The translations under genes were made by a program, and so were the position numbers. 64,000 bases of DNA from a virus: the IMG/VR virus record IMGVR_UViG_3300033146_005950, positions 18,181 to 82,180 of that record; one strand, 5' to 3'. Below the pieces are notes generated by a model that searched no databases, had not been told where the DNA came from, and worked only from the letters and a program-made list of their open reading frames with translations. Of the stretch, positions 56,098 through 64,000 are shown piece by piece. Positions within the stretch are counted from its first letter, which is position 1, and each line of letters starts with the position of its first letter.

Positions 56098-58353
56098 ATG
56101 GCTAATAATGTACCTGGTTCATTTAAAAAAGAATTAGATAAAAGCTTAACAATTTCGGCAACGGATACAGTCGCCGGTGCAATTGTAATTAAAAGCCCAA
56201 AGGGTAGAATAAATACTCCAATTACAGTAAGTAATGAGGCAGAATTTATTGAAGAATTTGGAAAACCAGTTTTTAGTGGTAAAAGTAAAGTTCCAGAATA
56301 TGGTTATGGAATGTATGCAGCACTCAAGTATTTATCAATTTCAGATAAAATTACTATTGTAAGAGTTCCTTCAGTGACTGTTTCAGGGACTGATATTACT
56401 GAGGCTGACGAATATGCAGTTGGTGGATTAAAATATGAAAGTAATGCACTATCACCCGTTTATTATACAAATGAAGAAGGAGTCGCACCTTATAAAGAAG
56501 ATGACGCAACAAGTTATTCTTCACCAGTAGTTCCAAACACACCAACCCGTATTATTGATTTAGATAATGCGACCGCAATTGCTGATTCTAAATTTTCAAT
56601 TTTCTTTTCTGCTCCTGGCGCAGAAGGTAATAATATTGCATACTCAATTGAATTTTTTGGTGGTAACTCTGATTGGAAATATAATTATGACCCAGATTCT
56701 AATGTTGATACAGTTATAAGTAAAATTAAAGATGGCACAGCAACAACGGATGATATTACTTCTATTATTGCAACTCAGGTTTTTAAGCTTTCTTTTTATA
56801 GCAAAAACTCTTCAGAGAATTGGCCTACTAATTTTACAAATGGTTCTATCAAACCTGATAAAGTTATTTATGCTTCACTAAATAATATTTTAGATGCAAA
56901 TAAAGAATCTCTTTATATTGGCGATAAAATTGAAATGATGAACTCATTATATTTTATTGAGAATGAAACTCTTACGAATCAAGAATTATTAGATATTGTT
57001 AAACGTGGTTTTGATGATACGGTTTTAATTGAAGGACAAACTGATTTTTCTGATGCTGAAGATTTTATGCCAATTGATGATTCATATTCATATGTTTCTT
57101 CAATGGTAGATGATGAATATTATTATATTGCAAAACCAAAAACAGAAGCTGCTGACGCAAGTAATACTTCATCAATTGACTCTTCTTCAGTTGAACGTTT
57201 AATCGCAAGCTCAAATATGGAAGTTCGTTATAAAGCACAATCTGATGGAAGTGAAGGTTTTTATATTCGTCCGGTTGGCTCAACAACAGAAGGAACGACA
57301 AGATATGTTGAAGACACAAATGGCAATCTTGCAAATGAATCTGACGCAAATGATATTTTATTATATGCAGACGGAACACCAATTAAATTACCTTTTAAAG
57401 AATTAGTAATTGAGTCAAAACCTGATTCTGAACAACCTGGAGAATTTGTTTTTATTGCTCTTAAAGGTGGTAATAATTCAGAAACAGGAACTTCTGATAT
57501 AAATAACATTCAAGGTTGGAGTTATTTAGCAAATAGAGAATCTGTTGATGCAAATATAATTTTAGTACCTTCTCCAAAAACAACAGTAAAACAGCACGTT
57601 GCATCACACGTTATTGATGTTAGAAAAGATTGTGTAATGGAAGCTCAGTCAGGTTCAATCGATAATTTAGATGCAGATTCAATTATTGCTGCAGAAAGTT
57701 ATGGTTATTCAAGTCCTTCATTTGTTTCTCTAACAGCAGGTTTTACTAAAGTTAAAGATTCTTATAATGATAAATTTGTATGGCTTCCTAATTCAATATT
57801 TGCTGCATATACAGATGCTAAAACTGCGATTGAGGCAAATGTTTGGGATTCTCCTGCAGGTAACCCTCGTGGTATTATTTCAGGTATTGAACAATTAGTT
57901 ACATTTAGTGAAGGCGATTTATCAAAACTTTTTGCTGCAAATATAAATGCTGCGAAAATGTTTGCTGGTGTTGGTTCAGTAATTTGGGAAAGCTTAACGG
58001 CTCTTCGACAACATACAGCATTAAGAAGCAAAAGTGTTCGTTTCAATATAAACAATATTGAAAATACTTTAGAAGAATACACAAATTCATTAGTTCATAA
58101 TATTAATAATACTGAGACAGAAAGAACGAGAATCGAACTTAAGTTTGATAAATTTCTTTCTGGTATTAAAAATGCAGGCGGTTTGTATGATTATAAAGTT
58201 CAATGTGATGATGAAAATAATACACCTGAGGTTATTGATAATGAAGAGTTAGTAATTTGGGTATTTTTAAAACCTGTACGGAATGTTAAATTTATTAAAT
58301 TAACTTATGTTATTACTGATTCTGGAGCAAGTTTCGATGAAATTCAGGTTTAA
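56098..58353 (+). CDS. Tail sheath protein (gp18-like)
   Basis: PG....E.D.S, EFIEEFGKP, RKDC, WDSPAGNPRG, CDDENNTPEVIDNEEL....LKPVR.VKFI.L. Confidence 0.95.
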   Translation: MANNVPGSFKKELDKSLTISATDTVAGAIVIKSPKGRINTPITVSNEAEFIEEFGKPVFSGKSKVPEYGYGMYAALKYLSISDKITIVRVPSVTVSGTDITEADEYAVGGLKYESNALSPVYYTNEEGVAPYKEDDATSYSSPVVPNTPTRIIDLDNATAIADSKFSIFFSAPGAEGNNIAYSIEFFGGNSDWKYNYDPDSNVDTVISKIKDGTATTDDITSIIATQVFKLSFYSKNSSENWPTNFTNGSIKPDKVIYASLNNILDANKESLYIGDKIEMMNSLYFIENETLTNQELLDIVKRGFDDTVLIEGQTDFSDAEDFMPIDDSYSYVSSMVDDEYYYIAKPKTEAADASNTSSIDSSSVERLIASSNMEVRYKAQSDGSEGFYIRPVGSTTEGTTRYVEDTNGNLANESDANDILLYADGTPIKLPFKELVIESKPDSEQPGEFVFIALKGGNNSETGTSDINNIQGWSYLANRESVDANIILVPSPKTTVKQHVASHVIDVRKDCVMEAQSGSIDNLDADSIIAAESYGYSSPSFVSLTAGFTKVKDSYNDKFVWLPNSIFAAYTDAKTAIEANVWDSPAGNPRGIISGIEQLVTFSEGDLSKLFAANINAAKMFAGVGSVIWESLTALRQHTALRSKSVRFNINNIENTLEEYTNSLVHNINNTETERTRIELKFDKFLSGIKNAGGLYDYKVQCDDENNTPEVIDNEELVIWVFLKPVRNVKFIKLTYVITDSGASFDEIQV

Positions 58354-58385
58354 ATAAACAATAAATTTAGTTCATACTTATATAA

Positions 58386-58423
58386 AAAATAGCGGAGTAA
58401 TTTATAATTATTTCGCTATTTTT
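58386..58423 (+). terminator. Terminator after the sheath gene
   Basis: AAATAGCGGAGTAAT...ATTATTTCGCTATTTTT hairpin. Confidence 0.75.
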
Positions 58424-58429
58424 CTATTT

Positions 58430-58455
58430 TATTTTGAATAAAAAAATTATATATT
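58430..58455 (+). promoter_or_regulatory. Replication-gene promoter motif, copy 3
   Basis: TATTTTGAATAAAAAAATTATATATT upstream of the DNA polymerase gene. Confidence 0.65.
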
Positions 58456-58515
58456 AATAGTAGAAACAAATCAGTATAAAAGTTTAATTGGTTTCTAATT
58501 AAAGGAGAATTATCA

Positions 58516-59922
58516 ATGCCCGACAAAATTATGTTTAACTCAATTTATTATAATAATAGGTCGAACACAATACATTTATGGGAAACTGTGAATGATAAAT
58601 TAATAAAAAGCAAGTACAAAGACTATCCATATACATTTTATATAAAATCAAAGTCAAAAACAAAATATAAAGATATTTATGGAAATTATATGGAGAAAAG
58701 GCAAGTAAGTTCAAGAAAAGAAGCCCCAAACATTCCACCTATGAATTTAGCTGAAGCAGATCTTCAACCTGAAGTAAAGTTTTTGCACGATAGATATGAA
58801 AATGTAAAATTAACTCCTGAGTATAAAAATTTTTCAGTATTATATTATGATATTGAAACTGAGTTCGATGGTTCATTACAAGACCAATACGGGTACCCAA
58901 TAAATTCAATATCCGCATACTTTAGCAAAAGTAAAAATTTTTATGTATTTGGAAATAAAGAAATTTCAAAGCCATTAAATAAAGATTTGTATTCTGAAAA
59001 TATTGAAATAAATAATTTAACATATTTTTATATTAAAGATGAAAAAGATATGATTGAAAGATTTATCTCTATTTCTAAGAAAGAAAATACACAAGCAATA
59101 ACAGGTTGGAACACAACATTTTTTGATAATAAGTATGTGATGGAAAGATTGAACCGTTTGGGATCTGATAAATCATTTTCTCCACTTAATAATAAATTTG
59201 ATAAAAATAGAAATGGAGATTATGTTTTTCCATTAATCACTGATTTAGATTATATGATCTTGTATAAAAATGTATTTATGAAACATATAAATTTAGATAA
59301 TTATAAATTAAACTCAGTTGCTGAACATACATTAGGCAAGGGAAAAGTAAAGTATGATGGGCAACTGAAAAATTTATGGATAAACGATTGGGATAAATTT
59401 ATTCATTATAATATTTTTGATACATTATTAGTTGTTGAAATGGAAACAAAATTAAAATTTATTGACCAAGTCTTGATGAAATTATCTGAGTCAATAATGC
59501 CTTATAAAACAATTTATTCAACAATTGCAGACCATTTAGGGATGGTCTTAAAATTAATTCATAAAGATAATGTTGTATTAAATAATCGACAAGAAATTAA
59601 TACAAATTCCGTAGATGAATTTGGTAACAAAGCTTTAGATTTACCCGGTGGGTTTACATATGCAAAAAAAGGAATTCATTCTTATTTAAGTAGTTTTGAT
59701 TTTGAGTCTCTATATCCTTCAATAATTCGCAAATATAATATTGGGGTAACAACATTAATAAAAAATCCTCAAAAAGATAATTTTATTAGATTAACGGTAA
59801 AAAATGGAAAAAGCATAGATATTCGTTATGGTACAGAAATTGAAATAAAAAGAGAAAATAAAATAATTAAAATAAAAGTTGAAGATATTAAAAAAACTGA
59901 CCTAATTTTAATAGGAGATTAA
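58516..59922 (+). CDS. Family-B DNA polymerase N-terminal part (split gp43: exonuclease plus motif A)
   Basis: ExoI YYDIET, ExoII TGWN...FD, ExoIII YNIFD, motif A SFDFESLYPSII. Motifs B (KxxxNSxYG) and C (YGDTD) are absent. Confidence 0.92.
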   Translation: MPDKIMFNSIYYNNRSNTIHLWETVNDKLIKSKYKDYPYTFYIKSKSKTKYKDIYGNYMEKRQVSSRKEAPNIPPMNLAEADLQPEVKFLHDRYENVKLTPEYKNFSVLYYDIETEFDGSLQDQYGYPINSISAYFSKSKNFYVFGNKEISKPLNKDLYSENIEINNLTYFYIKDEKDMIERFISISKKENTQAITGWNTTFFDNKYVMERLNRLGSDKSFSPLNNKFDKNRNGDYVFPLITDLDYMILYKNVFMKHINLDNYKLNSVAEHTLGKGKVKYDGQLKNLWINDWDKFIHYNIFDTLLVVEMETKLKFIDQVLMKLSESIMPYKTIYSTIADHLGMVLKLIHKDNVVLNNRQEINTNSVDEFGNKALDLPGGFTYAKKGIHSYLSSFDFESLYPSIIRKYNIGVTTLIKNPQKDNFIRLTVKNGKSIDIRYGTEIEIKRENKIIKIKVEDIKKTDLILIGD

Positions 59923-59929
59923 TTTAAAA

Positions 59930-60343
59930 ATGACTGAAGAAAAATTTGAGAAAGTTAAAGAATTAATAAATAAACGATTTGATTTAAATACTGATAAAGA
60001 GATGGAAGACTTTAGCAGAACTTCAATACAATTTCATCAATTAGTTTTAGATCTTATGGTGAAGGAAACTTTAGAATTGAAACAATTACAGCTTAAAAAA
60101 GATGAGCTATTTTCAAAAAAGTTCAAATATTATAATGAAGAATATAATAAGAAACGTCTTACCCCAAAAGATATTGCAACTTATATAAATGCAGATGAAG
60201 AATATTATCAACTGTCATATGAATATCAAAGAGTGAAAACGATAGCAGATTATTTAGAAAGAACAATTGATAATATAAAAAGGAGCTCATTTCAGGTTAA
60301 AAATTATATTGAACTTAAGAAATTTTTAAATGGAGTTTATTAA
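59930..60343 (+). CDS. uvsY: Recombination mediator UvsY-like
   Basis: 137-aa helical protein; KFKYY, YINADEEY, YLE.....I..SSFQVKNYIE..KF..G. Confidence 0.85.
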   Translation: MTEEKFEKVKELINKRFDLNTDKEMEDFSRTSIQFHQLVLDLMVKETLELKQLQLKKDELFSKKFKYYNEEYNKKRLTPKDIATYINADEEYYQLSYEYQRVKTIADYLERTIDNIKRSSFQVKNYIELKKFLNGVY

Positions 60344-60484
60344 ATGAAAATATTAAAGTTTTTAATATACAGTTTTGCTGAACATTTTTTACTATTTTTA
60401 TTGTTTATTAAAGACCTGTTCTCTGATAAAAATAAATACAATTAAATATTCATTAAAAAAAAATTAGAGAGAAAGACAAATAAT

Positions 60485-61432
60485 ATGAATTTTAAAAAAT
60501 TCGTTCAATTTATCGAAGAAGGTGGAAAAGCAGTTGAAAATGTATCACCTATAAAAGCTGAATATCAAAAAGCTACATTTAAAGACTTTGAAGATAAAGT
60601 ACTTAAAGGTGTATTAAAATTAAACAAAAAAGAATATAAGCCATTAGGTTCAACATTCAAAAAATTGCCTGGAGCATCATCTGGTGATATGGACATTGCT
60701 GTCGGCGTAAATGCATTAGCAGAAAATTTTAAAGTTTCAACTGATAAAGTTTTAAATGAATTATATAAAGTATTAAATTCACATTTTCCAAATTTATCGG
60801 TCGCATTATTATCTGGTTTTAATATTGTATCTATTGCTTGGCCAATTAGTAGCAATGATAAAACTGAAACATTACTTGGCTCTGTACAAATTGATTTAAT
60901 GCTTACTAATGACACTGATTTTTCATCTTTCTTATTTCATTCTCCAGATTTTACAGTAAAAAATCCTTCTCAATATAAAGGATTATACAGAACTGAGTTC
61001 TTAAAATCAATATTTCATTCTTTGCCAATAAGTAAAATAACTAAATATTTTGAAGACGAATTTGATGGAAAATATAAAGGCGACATAAAAGAACTTGGCA
61101 GGTTATTATTAAATACAAACGGTTTGCATTATCAAATAAAAAGTTTTGTTGGTAAACGCGGTAAAGTAAAAAATGGTAAAGTATTAAATAATGAATTTAT
61201 TACGAAAAACCCTGCTGAAATTGTAAAAGCAGCCCTTGGCCCAAAAGCAACAATAAAAGATACAGATTCTTTTGAAAGTATTTGGAAGGCGTTCAATAGA
61301 ACATCATTTCCATTTAAATCAATGAAAGAAAGAAAGAAAATAGTAAAATATTTCGTTGGTGTTTTGAATACAAAAAAATTACCAATCCCAGAACAAATTA
61401 AAAATTCAAAATATTATGATGGAGAACAATAA
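60485..61432 (+). CDS. Pol-beta-superfamily nucleotidyltransferase-like protein
   Basis: LGS........SSGDMDIAV (GS...DxD), third acidic residue in VQIDLM, YKG..R; N-terminal FKKFVQFIEE leader. Confidence 0.75.
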   Translation: MNFKKFVQFIEEGGKAVENVSPIKAEYQKATFKDFEDKVLKGVLKLNKKEYKPLGSTFKKLPGASSGDMDIAVGVNALAENFKVSTDKVLNELYKVLNSHFPNLSVALLSGFNIVSIAWPISSNDKTETLLGSVQIDLMLTNDTDFSSFLFHSPDFTVKNPSQYKGLYRTEFLKSIFHSLPISKITKYFEDEFDGKYKGDIKELGRLLLNTNGLHYQIKSFVGKRGKVKNGKVLNNEFITKNPAEIVKAALGPKATIKDTDSFESIWKAFNRTSFPFKSMKERKKIVKYFVGVLNTKKLPIPEQIKNSKYYDGEQ

Positions 61433-61435
61433 ATA

Positions 61436-63112
61436 ATGGCAGGAATTACTCATTTTAAAGACTTGAATAAAAAAGGTACTGATTTTTTAAATGATTTATT
61501 GAACCAAGATTTAGTAATATCAGAAAAAGTCGATGGCAGTTCATTTTCAGTAAAAAAAGAAAATGATGAACTACAATTTTATAATAGAAATGAAAATAAA
61601 CCTTTATCAAAAATTGATAGAAGTATATTATCTTTATATGAAATTCCAATATCTCATTTAGAAAGCATCGATATTAATAAGTTTGATGAAGGAGTAATGT
61701 ATTCATTTGAATATTTTTATAATAATAATCCTGTTGAAATAAAATATGATTATTTACCTAAAAACAATTTAATGCTTACGAATATAAAATCAAATGGCAA
61801 AATAATTACAGACCCAAAAATATTGAATAAAAAAGCAAAAGACTTTAAAGTAGACGGACCGTTTATTGTTTTTAATGGCAAATTAAATAAAAAACAAAAA
61901 GAACAAATATTAAAATTTATAAGCACAGATTTTGATGAACTTGTACAAAAATTTAAAACGAATTCATTTACAAGATTTATTATTTCAATATTAAATCCTA
62001 AATTAGCAAACACTGCATTAAGAAACGGAATTGACTCTCCAATTGAAGGATTAGTTTTTAAATTTTCAAATGAAACTGAAGACTTCTTTGCAAAATTAGT
62101 GGATCCTGTATTTACTCAAATGGCTAAAGATAAAAAGAAAAAACAATTGAGTGAAAATAATGATGACTATAAATCATTATTATTTGATTTAACTGATTTT
62201 ATTAAAAAGACTAAAATTAAAACAAACGGCGAAACAGCTGAAGAACGACAATTAAATTTATTTGCTAAATTAGCAATTAATTATTATAATAAAAATAAAA
62301 ATATTAAATTGCCAAAAAGTTTTTCAAATGATGAAGTTTTTAATGCAAATACAAATTTTATAACAGACGATAAACTTAGAAATAAAATATCATCAAATAA
62401 TACATTATTAAGATTATTTCAAATAATAACATCTGGTTTTAGAAAAACTAAAAAAAGAGCAAGTGCAAAATATAGCAAAGACGATATTCAAATTATAAAT
62501 AAAGCTGTTCAAAAAATTAATAAATTAATTGAAGACAGTATTATTTTTAATGACTTTATTGTTGAAGAAGAAGTACTTTCATTTAAAGAATTTTTCAAAC
62601 AGCAAGAAGAAAAGAAAGAAAACAATGCTTTATTTTTGGGTAGAATGCAACCACCAACAAAAGCTCATATTGCTATTATTGAAAAAGCATTAAAAAAGTT
62701 TAATAAAGTTTATGTCGCAATAATAAAAGGAGCAAAGTCAGATCCTTATAAAAATCCATTTGAACTTGATTTGCAAAATAAAATGATAAAATCAATATTT
62801 GGAAATAAAGTAAAATTAATTGAATTTAAAATTGGCTATATTCCTTATATTATTAATGATATAGAACAAAATTATGGAGATGAAATAACTGCTGTTTTAG
62901 CAGGAACTGATAGAGCAGAAAGTTATCAAAAACAATTAGATAGAGCTGAATTGTATGATGTCGATGTAATAGAGATCCCAAGAACCGGCGCAGATGTTTC
63001 AGCTACAGAATTGAGAAACTCTATTAGAGAGAACGACTATAATAATTTTAAAAAGAACATTGATAAAAGATTATTAAGTTTTTTTGATATATTAAAACGA
63101 GAAATAAATTAA
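61436..63112 (+). CDS. RNA-ligase-like nucleotidyltransferase fused to a HIGH-family (cytidylyltransferase/NMNAT-like) domain
   Basis: ISEKVDGSSF (KxDG), FEYF, IEGLVF, FAKLVD; C-terminal FLGRMQPPTKAH, KNPF, AGTDR, VSATELR. Confidence 0.8.
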   Translation: MAGITHFKDLNKKGTDFLNDLLNQDLVISEKVDGSSFSVKKENDELQFYNRNENKPLSKIDRSILSLYEIPISHLESIDINKFDEGVMYSFEYFYNNNPVEIKYDYLPKNNLMLTNIKSNGKIITDPKILNKKAKDFKVDGPFIVFNGKLNKKQKEQILKFISTDFDELVQKFKTNSFTRFIISILNPKLANTALRNGIDSPIEGLVFKFSNETEDFFAKLVDPVFTQMAKDKKKKQLSENNDDYKSLLFDLTDFIKKTKIKTNGETAEERQLNLFAKLAINYYNKNKNIKLPKSFSNDEVFNANTNFITDDKLRNKISSNNTLLRLFQIITSGFRKTKKRASAKYSKDDIQIINKAVQKINKLIEDSIIFNDFIVEEEVLSFKEFFKQQEEKKENNALFLGRMQPPTKAHIAIIEKALKKFNKVYVAIIKGAKSDPYKNPFELDLQNKMIKSIFGNKVKLIEFKIGYIPYIINDIEQNYGDEITAVLAGTDRAESYQKQLDRAELYDVDVIEIPRTGADVSATELRNSIRENDYNNFKKNIDKRLLSFFDILKREIN

Positions 63113-63140
63113 AAAAATAAAAAAAGAAAGAGGTAATATT

Positions 63141-64000
63141 TTGAGAAAATCTTTTACTGATTATTTAAAAGAAAATAAAAAGAAGAAAAACATTTTTTCA
63201 GTTGTTGAAGAAAGCGTAGATATGGAATTTGTTGAAGAAGCGGCGTCTATAAATGCAAATACTGAAAAACAAGCAAACTTAATCGCAAAATTAATTGGCA
63301 AACGTTTGGGCGCCGAAGTATTTAGAATGCCCGGAGTACAAATGTTTTCAAACGGCAGAGGCAAATTTGGCGGGTTTTTATATTTTTATGGAGACACTGC
63401 AGCATTCAGATTGAATTTATTAAAAGGTTCAAAAAACATTTCATCTTTTGATTCCCTCGATGTTTGGGCTGACGGCGGAAATACTTCAATAAATAAACCG
63501 GATTATTCTTTAATATTCGACCAAATAAATATTAATATGCAGATCCCATTGATTGTAAACTTTATGAAAAAGACTCCGCAATTTGGAAAAGAAGTTTATA
63601 TTGATAATAAAAAATTCCATCAAGAAAGCGTTGATTATGAATTAATGGACGAATCTTTAATTGATTATGATTTAGTTGAAGAAGCAAAAGTTCAATATGA
63701 TGGACAAACATTCAAAAATAAAAAAGAAGCAATAGTTTATATGAGTCAAGATTTATCTATGACTGCTGAAGAAATTGTTGCAACTGGTATATCTTCAGTT
63801 AAAATGATAAATTATCATTTAAAGAGCATTGGCGCTGCAGGAACAATTTCAGTCGCAAAACCAGTCAAATCAAAAATAATTGAAGAACCAATAAAACAAC
63901 AGATTCCTAAATACGCAAATGTAGATGAATTGTTTGAAGATATGGAAACATTAACAGGAATGGTGATAGACGGGACGCAGAATAGCCTCATGATTGTAGG
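63141..64000 (+). CDS. Partial gene (runs off the window); possibly a P-loop ATPase with a head-targeting leader
   Basis: GAGG RBS, TTG start MRKSFTDYLKE..VVEES..VEEA; frame open to the end. Ends GTQNSLMIVG, which resembles a strand preceding a Walker A. Confidence 0.7.
   Translation, partial: MRKSFTDYLKENKKKKNIFSVVEESVDMEFVEEAASINANTEKQANLIAKLIGKRLGAEVFRMPGVQMFSNGRGKFGGFLYFYGDTAAFRLNLLKGSKNISSFDSLDVWADGGNTSINKPDYSLIFDQININMQIPLIVNFMKKTPQFGKEVYIDNKKFHQESVDYELMDESLIDYDLVEEAKVQYDGQTFKNKKEAIVYMSQDLSMTAEEIVATGISSVKMINYHLKSIGAAGTISVAKPVKSKIIEEPIKQQIPKYANVDELFEDMETLTGMVIDGTQNSLMIV

Noticed and set aside
1-64000. Alternative genetic code (stop-codon reassignment)
   Set aside because: Core genes are full length in the standard code. 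The polymerase and terminase truncations are bounded by proper neighbouring genes, not by in-frame read-through.
1-64000. tRNA or rRNA genes
   Set aside because: No cloverleaf with T-loop GTTCRA and acceptor stem was recognised in the intergenic regions by eye; a tRNAscan-SE/ARAGORN run would be definitive.

Overview
A very AT-rich, gene-dense 64-kb segment of a large T4-like myovirus (standard genetic code, AGGAG-type ribosome-binding sites). It carries an intact head block (portal, core, protease, scaffold, major capsid). Other T4-like core genes are scattered: DNA ligase, baseplate and spike, neck, tail tube, tail completion, sheath, UvsW, UvsY, clamp-loader small subunit and RegA. Several modular tail-fibre-like genes are also present. 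The most unusual signals: (1) a ~204-bp protein-free IS200/IS605-type element that keeps a complete TnpB omega-RNA-like scaffold between a late-promoter motif and a terminator, plus a 46-bp ends-only relative; (2) a multi-hairpin non-coding element present twice in inverted orientation ~48 kb apart, one copy beside an 826-aa SF2-helicase-like gene at the main strand switch; (3) a terminase large subunit C-half that starts with an atypically split intein C-fragment, with no N-half in the window; (4) a split family-B DNA polymerase whose N-half ends in a Hint-like tail; (5) a cassette-like tandem array of hexapeptide-repeat genes; (6) nucleotide/RNA-modifying enzymes carrying apparent prohead-protease/capsid-targeting motifs. 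All annotations come from motif recognition by eye; no searches were run.
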